Shown here: one piece after another, positions 20,277 through 29,828 of the stretch | How positions within the stretch are numbered: position 1 is the stretch's first letter | Layout of the letters: each line of letters starts with the position of its first letter | Translations under genes and position numbers: made by a program | Origin: Gammaproteobacteria bacterium | GTDB taxonomy: Bacteria > Pseudomonadota > Gammaproteobacteria > Eutrophobiales > Eutrophobiaceae | Direction of reading: 5' to 3' | DNA length: 64,000 nt | Assembly (NCBI GenBank): GCA_965116495.1 | Contig: OZ220696.1 | Coordinates: 2,080,001-2,144,000 of the forward strand | Notes under the pieces: generated by a model | Database searches by the model: none | Told to the model about the DNA's origin: nothing | The model's input: the letters and a program-made list of their open reading frames with translations, nothing else

Positions 20277-20283
20277 ATTATCT

Positions 20284-20438
20284 GGGGAAGCTCTGATCAA
20301 GTCCGTCCAGGACTTGTCAGAGCAAGGGAAACAAAAATGCGATTTTTGTTTCCCTTGCAAAATCAATGACATACTATCATTGATTTTGACGGTACATCCA
20401 TGTACCGTAGGAACCTCTGTTTTTGTCAGAGGTTCCTT
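20284..20438. mobile_element. MITE-like element made of five consecutive hairpins, with TIRs GGAAGCTCTGA / TCAGAGGTTCC
   Basis: Stem-loops ctctga..tcagag, caagggaaacaaaaat..atttttgtttcccttg, caaaatcaatga..tcattgattttg, acggtacat..atgtaccgt and aggaacctctg..cagaggttcct. Confidence 0.72.
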
Positions 20439-20446
20439 AGTTTGAA

Positions 20447-21400
20447 ATGCGACAGGAGAACTTTACGCTTATCGTGCCGGAACAGCATGCCGGTAAACGC
20501 CTCGACCAGGTGTTGGCCTTGTTATGCCCGCAGCATTCCCGCGCCCGTTTACAGGCATGGATAAGAGACGGTTTTGTCAGCGTGGACGGCGCTTCTCTGA
20601 GACAGAAGGATACCGTCGACACCGGCCAGTCGATCAAGGTCAGGGCACAGCTTGACAACCAAAATGAAAAATGGACTGGGCAGGAAATCCCCATAGATGT
20701 CATCTACGAGGATGAGGCCATTCTTGTCATCAACAAAGCGCCCGGCATCGTCGTTCACCCGGGCGCAGGCAACCCGGATGGCACCCTGGTCAATGCCTTG
20801 CTGCACTACTGCCCCGAACTGGCGCAGGTCCCGAGAGCGGGGATAGTTCAACGCCTGGATAAGGAAACCTCAGGGATCATGGTGGTCGCGAAAACACTGG
20901 AAGCCCATACGAGGCTGGTTATGGATTTGCAGGACAGGAATATCACAAGGGAATACCGGGCCGTCGTGCACGGGCATTTAATCAGCGGCGGCACCATAAA
21001 CGCCGCCATAGGCAGACACCCCACACTGCGAACCCGGATGGCCGTCACCGACAGGGGTAAAAGCGCAACGACTCATTATCGGATCGTCAGGAAATATCCC
21101 ATCTGCACGGACCTTAAATTAAGGCTTGAGACAGGGCGCACCCACCAGATTCGGGTGCACCTGGCGCACTTGGGCCATCCTGTTATCGGCGACCCTGTTT
21201 ATGGCGGAAGGAAGCGCTTTCCCAAAAACGTATCGGTAACACTCAGGGAGAAGGTTGCCTCATTCCCCAGACAGGCACTGCATGCGGTCCGGCTGGAGTT
21301 GCTTCATCCGTCGAATAATGAACAGTGCGCGTGGTCGGCGCCGCTGGCCGCAGATATTGAAGAATTGCTGGCCGCCATCAGGCATGAGGCAGATGAATAA
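20447..21400 (+). CDS. rluD: 23S rRNA pseudouridine synthase RluD
   Basis: S4 domain (RLDQVLA), VVHPGAG, RAGIVQRLDKETSG, LETGRTHQIRVH, RQALHA. Confidence 0.95.
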   Translation: MRQENFTLIVPEQHAGKRLDQVLALLCPQHSRARLQAWIRDGFVSVDGASLRQKDTVDTGQSIKVRAQLDNQNEKWTGQEIPIDVIYEDEAILVINKAPGIVVHPGAGNPDGTLVNALLHYCPELAQVPRAGIVQRLDKETSGIMVVAKTLEAHTRLVMDLQDRNITREYRAVVHGHLISGGTINAAIGRHPTLRTRMAVTDRGKSATTHYRIVRKYPICTDLKLRLETGRTHQIRVHLAHLGHPVIGDPVYGGRKRFPKNVSVTLREKVASFPRQALHAVRLELLHPSNNEQCAWSAPLAADIEELLAAIRHEADE

Positions 21401-22211
21401 GGTCTGGATGCCTGCAGACTGGCCGGCGCCCGTACACATTCACGCTGGAACGACCACACGTCTGCCTGGCGTCAGCCGCCCGCCGTTCGACAGCTTTAAT
21501 CTTGCCGGCCATGTAGGTGATGACCCGCAGGCCGTTGCGAAAAATCGCTTGCTTTTACAAAGTCAACTAAACCTGCCGGCTGCGCCAGGCTGGCTGCGGC
21601 AACGTCACAGCGGCAGGGTTGTCGAACTGAATCCAGGTGAGCCCGCAGAGGCGGACGGCGCATATACCCGTGAGACCGGCAGGGTTTGCGCGGTGCTGAC
21701 GGCCGATTGTATCCCCTTGTTGCTGTGTAATAGAACCGGCACTGAAATTGCCGCGCTGCATATAGGCTGGCGTGGTCTGAGCAAGGGGATCATAAAAAAC
21801 GCCCTCGCGATGTTTAACGCCAATCCTCGTGAACTGTTGGCCTGGCTGGGGCCCTGTATCAGCCAGAGGAACTACGAAGTTGGCGCAGACGTTATCAGCG
21901 CCTGCCTGGGAGAAAAGGGGACAGATTTATTTTTGGGAGGTAACGGGGACAGATTTGAAATCTGTCCCCAGTTGGAGCCGGGAGAAAGTAAATCTCTCCC
22001 TTTTTCTCAGGCGATCTCTCAGAGCCGTACAAATCACTGGTTCCTGGACCTTGGACAACTGGTAAAAACTGAGTTGCTGCAACTGGGTGTTGAAGACGTT
22101 TATGGATGCAACCTGTGTACCTGTGCCAGGAGAGAACTGTTTTATTCCTATCGCAGGGACGGCGTTACCGGGCGCACGGCAAGCATGATCTGGATGGATA
22201 GTGAAAAATAA
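21393..22211 (+). CDS. pgeF: Peptidoglycan editing factor PgeF / YfiH (contains a repeat-derived in-frame insertion)
   Basis: Start reassigned to ATG 21393, overlapping the rluD stop. NLAGHVGDD, ADG, VLTADCIP, HIGWRG, FYSYRR. Confidence 0.9.
   Translation: MNKVWMPADWPAPVHIHAGTTTRLPGVSRPPFDSFNLAGHVGDDPQAVAKNRLLLQSQLNLPAAPGWLRQRHSGRVVELNPGEPAEADGAYTRETGRVCAVLTADCIPLLLCNRTGTEIAALHIGWRGLSKGIIKNALAMFNANPRELLAWLGPCISQRNYEVGADVISACLGEKGTDLFLGGNGDRFEICPQLEPGESKSLPFSQAISQSRTNHWFLDLGQLVKTELLQLGVEDVYGCNLCTCARRELFYSYRRDGVTGRTASMIWMDSEK
21905..22011. repeat. Nested GGGGACAGATTT palindromes inside pgeF
   Basis: Outer imperfect IR cctgggagaaaaggggacagattta / taaatctctccctttttctcagg; inner ggggacagattt-g-aaatctgtcccc at 21945-21969. 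Confidence 0.78.
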
Positions 22212-22307
22212 TATCTTTTAATCCCCTTTCCTGTCTGTACGACCTTGAATCAAGTCGGGATGCCCATATTTAAGTGTTATTACTGATTATATTTAAGGAT
22301 TCAACTG

Positions 22308-24905
22308 ATGCGTACCGATCGATTAACCAGCAAGTTTCAGCAGGCCCTGGGAGATGCCCAGAGCCTGGCGCTCGGGCGCGATAACCAGTTCATTGAACCG
22401 GCGCACGTGATGAGCGCGCTGCTGGATCAGGAAGGCGGTTCGACCACCCACCTGCTCGCCCTCGCAGGGGTCAATGTTGAACGCCTGCATAAGGGGATAA
22501 CTCTGGCCATGGAGAACCTGCCCCGCGTCCAGGGTCATAACGGTGAAATATACGTGTCCAAAGACCTGGACAGGCTGTTCAACCTGACTGACAAATTTGC
22601 ACAGGACCGCAAGGATCAATACATCTCCAGCGAATTGTTCTCCCTGGCTGCTGCGGATGACAAATCAGCGCTGGGGAAACTCATGAGAGAGTGCGGCGCC
22701 GAGAAACGCAAGATAGAGATGGCAATAGACAAGATCCGCGGCGGAGAAAACGTGAATGACCCGAACAGTGAAGACAACCGTGGCGCGCTGGATAAATTTA
22801 CCATTGATTTAACCGGGCAGGCCAACCAGGGGAAACTGGATCCGGTCATCGGCCGGGATGAGGAGATTCGCCGCACTATCCAGGTCCTGCAGCGGCGGAC
22901 GAAAAACAACCCCGTGTTGATCGGGGAACCGGGTGTGGGCAAAACGGCCATCGTCGAGGGCCTGGCGCAACGGATTGTCAACGGCGAAGTCCCGGACTCC
23001 CTGAAAGGCAAGAAATTGCTGTCCCTGGACATGGGTTCACTTATCGCCGGAGCGAAGTTTCGCGGCGAATTCGAAGAACGGCTCAAGGCGGTATTGAACG
23101 ACCTCAACAAGCGGCAAGGCCGTATCATCCTGTTCATTGATGAGGTGCATACCATGGTCGGCGCCGGTAAGGCGGAAGGGTCGATGGATGCCGGCAATAT
23201 GTTGAAACCCGCCCTGGCAAGGGGCGAGTTGCACTGTATCGGCGCCACGACTCTGGACGAATACCGGGAAAATATCGAAAAGGACGCGGCGCTGGAACGG
23301 CGCTTTCAGAAAGTATACATAGACGAACCGGATGTGGACGACACCATTGCCATCCTGCGCGGCCTGAAAGAACGCTATGAAGTACATCACAACGTACAGA
23401 TCACCGATCCGGCAATCATATCCGCCGCCACGCTGGGGCAACGTTATATCACTGACAGGCAACTGCCCGACAAGGCCATCGACCTGATCGATGAGGCAGC
23501 CAGCCGTATCAGCATCGAGATCGACTCCAAGCCGGAGGCAATGGACCGCCTCGAGAGGCGTCTCATCCAGATGAAGATCGAGCGCGAAGCCTTGAAGAAG
23601 GAAACGGACGAGGCATCAAAACAACGTCTGGCGGATCTTGAAAACGAGATAAAACAGGTTGAACTGGAATTTGCCGATCTTGAAGAGATCTGGAAATCCG
23701 AAAAAGCGGCGTTACAGGGCTCGCACGATTTAAAGGAACGGCTGGAACAGGCGCGCCTGGAATTTGAAGCAGCACAAAGGGCCGCTGATCTTAACCGCAT
23801 GTCGGAATTGCAATACGGCATCATTCCCGATCTTGAAAGGCAACTCGAAGATGCCGACCGAACCGAAACCAAGCCGATGCAGTTGTTGCGCAACAAGGTA
23901 ACTGAAAACGAGATCGCTGAAGTGGTATCCATGTGGACGGGGATTCCGGTCACCAGGATGCTGCAGGGGGAGAAAGACAAGCTGTTGCAGATGGAAGAGG
24001 CATTACGGCGCCGGGTCGTCGGCCAGGATGAGGCAATCGTTACTGTCGCGGATGCCATCCGCCGCGCCCGCGCCGGTCTGTCCGACCCTGACAGGCCCAA
24101 CGGCTCCTTTCTTTTCCTCGGCCCTACCGGTGTGGGCAAAACTGAGTTGTGCAAGTCCCTGGCTGATTTCCTGTTCGACAGCGAAAACGCCATCGTCCGC
24201 ATCGATATGTCGGAATACATGGAAAAACACGCGGTGTCCCGCTTAATCGGCGCACCGCCAGGTTACATCGGATACGACGAGGGCGGCCAACTGACCGAAC
24301 AGGTCCGGCGCAGACCCTATAGCCTGGTCTTGTTGGACGAGGTGGAAAAAGCCCATCCTGACGTTTTCAACGTGCTGTTGCAGGTACTGGATGACGGCCG
24401 CCTCACGGACGGCCAGGGCAGGACTGTTGACTTTCGCAATACTGTTATTATTATGACATCGAACCTGGGTTCGGACCGGATTCGTGAAATGTCCGATGAC
24501 GCGGACTATGAAACCATGAAATCGACCGTACTGGAGATCGTATCCGCTTATTTCCGGCCTGAATTCCTCAACCGTATTGATGACCTGGTGGTGTTTCACG
24601 CGTTGAAGCGCGCACAACTCAACGCCATCGCCGGGATCCAGGTCGGCAGGCTGAAACAGCGTCTGGCCGAACAGGGCATTACCATCTCCATCTCGGACAA
24701 GGCAAAAGAGACTTTGGCCAATATCGGGTTTGATCCGGTCTACGGTGCACGCCCCCTGAAACGGGCTGTACAGACGCACCTGGAAACTCCCCTGGCTAAA
24801 CAACTGCTGGCGGGGAAATTTCACAGCACGGACAACATTTACGTGGATGCCGAAGCCTGCCCCCGCGAAGGCGGGGGACAAGTCCTGACTTTCTCCGGTA
24901 AGTAA
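22308..24905 (+). CDS. clpB: ATP-dependent chaperone ClpB
   Basis: Two AAA modules ([17 protein letters not shown]), coiled-coil middle domain, GARPLKR. Confidence 0.97.
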   Translation: MRTDRLTSKFQQALGDAQSLALGRDNQFIEPAHVMSALLDQEGGSTTHLLALAGVNVERLHKGITLAMENLPRVQGHNGEIYVSKDLDRLFNLTDKFAQDRKDQYISSELFSLAAADDKSALGKLMRECGAEKRKIEMAIDKIRGGENVNDPNSEDNRGALDKFTIDLTGQANQGKLDPVIGRDEEIRRTIQVLQRRTKNNPVLIGEPGVGKTAIVEGLAQRIVNGEVPDSLKGKKLLSLDMGSLIAGAKFRGEFEERLKAVLNDLNKRQGRIILFIDEVHTMVGAGKAEGSMDAGNMLKPALARGELHCIGATTLDEYRENIEKDAALERRFQKVYIDEPDVDDTIAILRGLKERYEVHHNVQITDPAIISAATLGQRYITDRQLPDKAIDLIDEAASRISIEIDSKPEAMDRLERRLIQMKIEREALKKETDEASKQRLADLENEIKQVELEFADLEEIWKSEKAALQGSHDLKERLEQARLEFEAAQRAADLNRMSELQYGIIPDLERQLEDADRTETKPMQLLRNKVTENEIAEVVSMWTGIPVTRMLQGEKDKLLQMEEALRRRVVGQDEAIVTVADAIRRARAGLSDPDRPNGSFLFLGPTGVGKTELCKSLADFLFDSENAIVRIDMSEYMEKHAVSRLIGAPPGYIGYDEGGQLTEQVRRRPYSLVLLDEVEKAHPDVFNVLLQVLDDGRLTDGQGRTVDFRNTVIIMTSNLGSDRIREMSDDADYETMKSTVLEIVSAYFRPEFLNRIDDLVVFHALKRAQLNAIAGIQVGRLKQRLAEQGITISISDKAKETLANIGFDPVYGARPLKRAVQTHLETPLAKQLLAGKFHSTDNIYVDAEACPREGGGQVLTFSGK

Positions 24906-24912
24906 TGCCATA

Positions 24913-25046
24913 CCACTCCCACGAAAGTGGGAGTCCAGTCAAATACTGTGTCGCCTGAAAGGCGACTCTTTGTCTACTGGATTCCCGTTTTCACGGGAAT
25001 GGCGCCGGAAGCGGTATTGACGGGGACAGATTTAAATCTGTCCCCG
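24913..25046. repeat. Cluster of palindromic repeats (two ATTCCC/ACTCCC-N8-GGGA units, a GTCGCCT hairpin and a GGGGACAGA palindrome)
   Basis: 24913-24938, 24937-24971, 24977-25004 and 25021-25046. Confidence 0.8.
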
Positions 25047-25086
25047 TTTACGCGATACTGATGCTGTCCCCGATTTAGCGACATAG

Positions 25087-25962
25087 ATGAATACACTCCA
25101 GCAAATCCCCCTCCCCCTTTTTTATACCGTCAGCGCCTTGCTGGGCCTGCTTGTCGGGAGTTTCCTGAACGTGGTGATCCGGCGCCTGCCACGCATGATA
25201 GAAGCGGCCTGGCGGATGGAATGCCGCGAATTTGCCGGTATATCATCTGCTGAGGAACCGGGTCCGGAGCCGTATAACCTACTCAGACCCGGCTCCAAGT
25301 GCCCGCGATGCGGCCACAGGATCAGCGCATTGGAGAATATTCCACTACTGGGCTACCTCCTGCTCGGAGGGAGATGCGCCGGCTGCAATGGCACGATTTC
25401 GTTACGGTATCCTCTTGTCGAAACCCTGACTGCGGGCATGACGCTGTTTGTGGCAGTGAAATTCGGCGCCAGTGCCCAGACACTGTTTGCCTGTTTATTC
25501 ACCTGGGCGCTTATCTCGTTGACTTTCATCGATATTGACCGTCAACTGCTGCCCGACACAATCACCCTTCCTTTTCTATGGCTTGGTCTGCTCTGCAACT
25601 ATTTCGGTTTATTCACGGACTTGTACTCCAGCGTGATGGGCGCCGCGGCAGGTTACGGCATTTTCTGGCTTACCTACCAGATTTTCAAACTTGTTACCGG
25701 GAAGGAAGGCCTGGGGTTGGGAGATCTGAAGCTGCTTGCCATGCTGGGGGCATGGGCGGGATGGCAGGCATTGGCCTCGATAATTTTTCTCTCCTCCCTG
25801 CTCGGTTCCCTGGTCGGACTCTACCTGGTTTTATTTCGCCGCCGGCAAAGATCCGCGCCGATCCCTTTCGGGCCTTACCTGGCTGTGGCAGGATGGCTGA
25901 ACCTGGTGTGGGGATTGAACCTGTTTGATTATCTGTACCGGCAGGGAGAGCATGTGTTGTGA
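25087..25962 (+). CDS. pilD: Prepilin peptidase / N-methyltransferase PilD
   Basis: GSFLNVVIRRLP, CPRC...CAGC zinc motif, FIDID..LLPD, GLGDLKL, PFGPYL. Confidence 0.93.
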   Translation: MNTLQQIPLPLFYTVSALLGLLVGSFLNVVIRRLPRMIEAAWRMECREFAGISSAEEPGPEPYNLLRPGSKCPRCGHRISALENIPLLGYLLLGGRCAGCNGTISLRYPLVETLTAGMTLFVAVKFGASAQTLFACLFTWALISLTFIDIDRQLLPDTITLPFLWLGLLCNYFGLFTDLYSSVMGAAAGYGIFWLTYQIFKLVTGKEGLGLGDLKLLAMLGAWAGWQALASIIFLSSLLGSLVGLYLVLFRRRQRSAPIPFGPYLAVAGWLNLVWGLNLFDYLYRQGEHVL

Positions 25963-26576
25963 ACCACCCGATACGAGTCGGATTGACGGGGGGAATAGGC
26001 AGCGGCAAATCTTCGGTCAGGAGGTGTTTTGACGAGCTTGGAGTCCCCACAATCGATGCAGATGAGATTTCCCACAGGATTACCACACCCGGCCAGACGG
26101 CTTTCAATGAGGTGGTTGCCCTGTTCGGGAAAGAGAGTCTTGATAAAGCGGGCAACCTGAATAGGCAACGACTGCGCGAACTGATCTTTACCGAACCGGC
26201 GTTGAAGAAAAAACTGGAAGCCATCATCCACCCACGCGTGCGCGCAGAAATCCGTACATTCACGGATCGGGTGGATTATCCTTATTGCATTATCTGCATA
26301 CCCCTGTTGCTGGAAACGGGGGAACAGTCGGCAATGGACAGGGTACTGGTGGTCGACGCGCCTGAAGACTTGCAGGTAGAACGGGTCGCGCGCCGGGATA
26401 ATGCGAAAGACGACCAGACAAGGAGTATAATCATGGCTCAAATCAGCCGATCGGAAAGACTGCGATACGCGCATGATATTATTGTCAACGATGGTAGTAT
26501 TAACGAGTTGAAAATTCAGGTAGGGAAATTGCATAACAAATACGTCGAATTATCGGGTCGGAATAACACTCATTAA
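25959..26576 (+). CDS. coaE: Dephospho-CoA kinase
   Basis: VGLTGGIGSGKS, IDAD, IHP, IPLLLE. Confidence 0.95.
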   Translation: MNHPIRVGLTGGIGSGKSSVRRCFDELGVPTIDADEISHRITTPGQTAFNEVVALFGKESLDKAGNLNRQRLRELIFTEPALKKKLEAIIHPRVRAEIRTFTDRVDYPYCIICIPLLLETGEQSAMDRVLVVDAPEDLQVERVARRDNAKDDQTRSIIMAQISRSERLRYAHDIIVNDGSINELKIQVGKLHNKYVELSGRNNTH

Positions 26577-26598
26577 CTATAAACCTGACATAACTGCT

Positions 26599-27369
26599 AT
26601 GGAAAATCACCTGGTATATGAACAACCCGTGAATGAACGCATCAGGACCTTATTGAGGATTGAGAATTTATTCAACCGGTTAAATCATTATTCAGGGTCA
26701 CCGGACCTATGGGATATACGCCTGACCATCTCCCTGTTAATCGACTTGAATGATGTAGTGAAGTCGTCCGATATCAAAACCGAGTTGAGCAAGGAACTAG
26801 AGCGCTGCGGGTCGGTTTTACGCGCGCTGGAGGGCAAATCCGGGGTCGATACGTACAAGCTCAAGCAGGTCCTCGACGACATTAATGAATGTCTTGCGGC
26901 CACTCAGGATAATGACTACCGGCCTGGAGCGACACTGGATGCGGATGAGTTAATCAGCTCTATCAAACAAAGAAGCTCCCTGGCGGGAGGCGCTTGCAAT
27001 TTTGACCTGCCCGCTTATCACCACTGGTTGAACAAGTCTGCGCGCGCCCGGCAGCAGCGCCTGCGCGAGTGGTTGGAAGACATGTTAATTATCCAGAAGA
27101 GCGCTGACCTCGTGCTGAGTTTGATCAGGAGTAACGCCAACCCGACAAAAGAAATTGCCAAGGCGGGATTTTTTCAGCAATCCATCGAGACAGGCATCAC
27201 CTACCAGTTGATCAGGATCATCGTTCCCCGGAACCTGAAAAGTTTCCCTGAAATCAGTGGCGGCAAACATCGTGTCACAGTCCGGTTCATGGAGCAGGAC
27301 GAGACTGTAAACCGGCCGGCACAAATTGAGGATGACGTGGAATTCGAACTGCATTACTGTGTTTCATAA
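26599..27369 (+). CDS. zapD: Cell division protein ZapD
   Basis: YEQPVNERIRTLLRIE, GGACNFDLP, FPEISGGKHR; follows coaE. Confidence 0.92.
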   Translation: MENHLVYEQPVNERIRTLLRIENLFNRLNHYSGSPDLWDIRLTISLLIDLNDVVKSSDIKTELSKELERCGSVLRALEGKSGVDTYKLKQVLDDINECLAATQDNDYRPGATLDADELISSIKQRSSLAGGACNFDLPAYHHWLNKSARARQQRLREWLEDMLIIQKSADLVLSLIRSNANPTKEIAKAGFFQQSIETGITYQLIRIIVPRNLKSFPEISGGKHRVTVRFMEQDETVNRPAQIEDDVEFELHYCVS

Positions 27370-28350
27370 ATCTGCAGCGGATAATGTCCGGGTCAGATGC
27401 ACAGCGGAGTCCTGCCTGCCCCACACGTCGCTTATCAAGGCAATACCCTGGGCGCCGTGTTGCCTGGCAATGGCCAGGTCAGAAAGTTTCATCCCGCCCA
27501 GGGCGTAAACGGGAATGGGTATATTCCTGATCATGTCGGAAAACCTGTCCCACCCCATTGGATAACCGCTCTTCCCGGCGGATTTGCCCACCTGGGATAA
27601 AACACAAAAATCAAGATCTGTCTCTACGGCATGATTTAATTCCTGCAGGTTATGACAGGAAGCGCCAACCCAGGATCCGGCAGGTAACGGGCGTCCGGCC
27701 AATTCCAACAGGCGTTTGCCGGTCAGGTGGACACCGGAAGCGCCGGCTTCCATGGCAAATTCAGGGGTGGAATTAACGAGCAGGTCCGCACCCTGGCTTC
27801 GACAGGCGTCAGCCACCCTGGTGGCGGCCGGTTTGCAGTTAATTGATTTCTTGCTCCTGAACTGTACCAGTTTCACGCCTGCCTCCAGGTACTCCTGTAG
27901 TTCACTTACAAAGGCCGGGGAATAATCATCCAGATCCGGGGTGATAAGATACACCGCCGGCAGTTTGCAGGCAGCGATAATACCCTTGTTTGCAGCGGGA
28001 AAATCCGCTGCTGCCAGGGAGGAGATATCGGCCCATTGCGTTTCCTGCCCTTCCCTTCCCGTCAAACTGCCGGCCCAGTCATGTACTTTCCATACGCTGA
28101 ACCGCAACGCCTTGCCGGGATAATCATAATCGAATGAGATAAGCGGTGAGCAATTCCCGGTATCTATATTGATCTCCTCGGATAATTCCCGCTTCAAGGC
28201 CTGCAAAGTGTTTTCGCCGGTCCTGACCTTGCCGCCGGGAAATTCCCACAACCCGCCCAGGTGGGAGTGGCGCGGACGCCTGGCCACCAGCACCTTGTCC
28301 CCGGCGGCGTTGTAGACTACGCCCAGGGCGATATGATCTCTGGCAGGCAT
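27364..28350 (-). CDS. MutT-like Nudix hydrolase fused to a thiamine-phosphate-synthase-like domain
   Basis: WEFPGGK...LKRELSEE, FPAAN, then YLIT...GASCH...PVYALGG. Confidence 0.9.
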   Translation of the reverse strand: MPARDHIALGVVYNAAGDKVLVARRPRHSHLGGLWEFPGGKVRTGENTLQALKRELSEEINIDTGNCSPLISFDYDYPGKALRFSVWKVHDWAGSLTGREGQETQWADISSLAAADFPAANKGIIAACKLPAVYLITPDLDDYSPAFVSELQEYLEAGVKLVQFRSKKSINCKPAATRVADACRSQGADLLVNSTPEFAMEAGASGVHLTGKRLLELAGRPLPAGSWVGASCHNLQELNHAVETDLDFCVLSQVGKSAGKSGYPMGWDRFSDMIRNIPIPVYALGGMKLSDLAIARQHGAQGIALISDVWGRQDSAVHLTRTLSAADL

Positions 28351-28359
28351 GGGATTAAT

Positions 28360-28497
28360 AATTACGAATTAGGAATTACGAATTAGGAATTAGGAATGAA
28401 TGTGCTGCGTGGGGCGGCAGTTTTTCGCACGCAAAAATAAACCGTACATCGACATAACGCCCCCCAATTCGTAATTCTTAATTCCTAATTCTTAATT
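28360..28497. repeat. Inverted heptamer tandem arrays (AATTAGG/AATTACG versus AATTCCT/AATTCTT) flanking ~70 bp
   Basis: 28360-28397 and 28466-28497. Confidence 0.85.
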
Positions 28498-28513
28498 GAT
28501 TCCAGATTGTCCG

Positions 28514-29734
28514 TCAGGACCTGTACTCCGCGTTGATCGTGACATAGTCATGGGACAGGTCACAGGTCCAGTAGCAACCGCTCGCTTCACCCCGGTCCAG
28601 GTCGATGCGTACCAGAATCTCTTCAGCCTGCATGGCGGCAATTCCTTTTGCTTCGGTATAGTCTTTTGCCCTGGCGCCGTTTTCGACAATACATACTTCA
28701 TTCAGATATACCGAAATCCTGCCGATTTCCAGGTTGCCGATCCTGCTTCGTCCGATAGCTGCCAGTATCCTGCCCCAGTTGGGATCAGCCGCGTATACCG
28801 CGGTTTTGACCAGGGGAGACGTTGAAACGGCATCTGCCACGGCATCACACTCTGCTCCACTCCCGGCTTTATCAACCCGGATTGTTACAAATTTTGTCGC
28901 GCCTTCGCCATCCCTGGCAATCGACTGGGCCAACCGGATACATACCTCCGTGACTTGTCCTTCCAGCATGTGGTAGGCCGGACTGTGTTCGTTGATAACC
29001 CGTCCGGCGCGGCTTTTTCCGGTTGCAACCAGTACACATGCATCATTGGTGGAGGTATCGCCGTCAACACAGATCCTGTTAAACGACTGATTTACGGCCG
29101 CCGCCAACAAGCGCTCCAGTGCTTGTGGTTCCAGCGCGGCATCCGTGGCGATGAAAGCGAGCATGGTTGCCATATCCGGTTTTATCATGCCTGCACCCTT
29201 TGCTATACCGGTCACGGTAATCAATCCGGCATCAGCGGCAAACTGTACGGACAAGCCCTTTGGCTGCGTATCCGTCGTCATGATCGCCCGGGCACAATCA
29301 AGCCAGGCGTCATCTGTAAGTTTGTCGTGTAATTCAGGCAGCGCACGAGCAATCTTATCGACCGGCAGGTATTCTCCAATTACCCCGGTGGAAAACGGCA
29401 GCACCGCTTCGACCGCGCAACCGCCAAGGTTCGCCATGGCTTCGCAGACACGTGTCACATCGTCAATACCCCTGGCGCCGGTACCCGCGTTGGCATTGCC
29501 AGCATTGACCAGCAGGTGCTTTACGAAGCCATGCTGCAGATGTTTTCTGGCGACGGCAACCGGCGCTGCGTAAAAGCTGTTTTGTGTAAACACCGCACTG
29601 ACATTGGCGCCCGCACAGATGTCAAACAGGGCCAGGTCGTCCCTGGCGGCGCTATATATACCTGCTGAACAGGCTGCAACGCGGACACCGTCAACCGGCA
29701 AGAGGTGTGTGGGATGTGTTAACCCGACTGCCAT
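28514..29734 (-). CDS. argJ: Bifunctional glutamate N-acetyltransferase / amino-acid acetyltransferase
   Basis: NAGNANAGTG, STGVIG, IMTTDT, KGAGMIKPDMATML, DGDTSTND, DGEGATK. Confidence 0.96.
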   Translation of the reverse strand: MAVGLTHPTHLLPVDGVRVAACSAGIYSAARDDLALFDICAGANVSAVFTQNSFYAAPVAVARKHLQHGFVKHLLVNAGNANAGTGARGIDDVTRVCEAMANLGGCAVEAVLPFSTGVIGEYLPVDKIARALPELHDKLTDDAWLDCARAIMTTDTQPKGLSVQFAADAGLITVTGIAKGAGMIKPDMATMLAFIATDAALEPQALERLLAAAVNQSFNRICVDGDTSTNDACVLVATGKSRAGRVINEHSPAYHMLEGQVTEVCIRLAQSIARDGEGATKFVTIRVDKAGSGAECDAVADAVSTSPLVKTAVYAADPNWGRILAAIGRSRIGNLEIGRISVYLNEVCIVENGARAKDYTEAKGIAAMQAEEILVRIDLDRGEASGCYWTCDLSHDYVTINAEYRS

Positions 29735-29754
29735 AATTCACGCAGAGATTTCAA

Positions 29755-29779
29755 GGGGACGGATTTGAAATCCGTCCCC
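29755..29779. repeat. GGGGACGGATTT palindrome between secA and argJ
   Basis: ggggacggattt-g-aaatccgtcccc. Confidence 0.75.
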
Positions 29780-29828
29780 GGATCCCCATTCCAAGGTTCT
29801 CTGTGTCTGCTGTGGCAAAAGAATCATC

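Noticed and set aside
21255-21392. N-terminal extensions in the ORF track for pgeF (also murB, murC, ftsW, rsmI, yraN, gmhA, ftsQ and the DoxX gene)
   Set aside because: They overlap upstream genes or repeats; downstream ATGs give family-typical N-termini and stop/start coupling.
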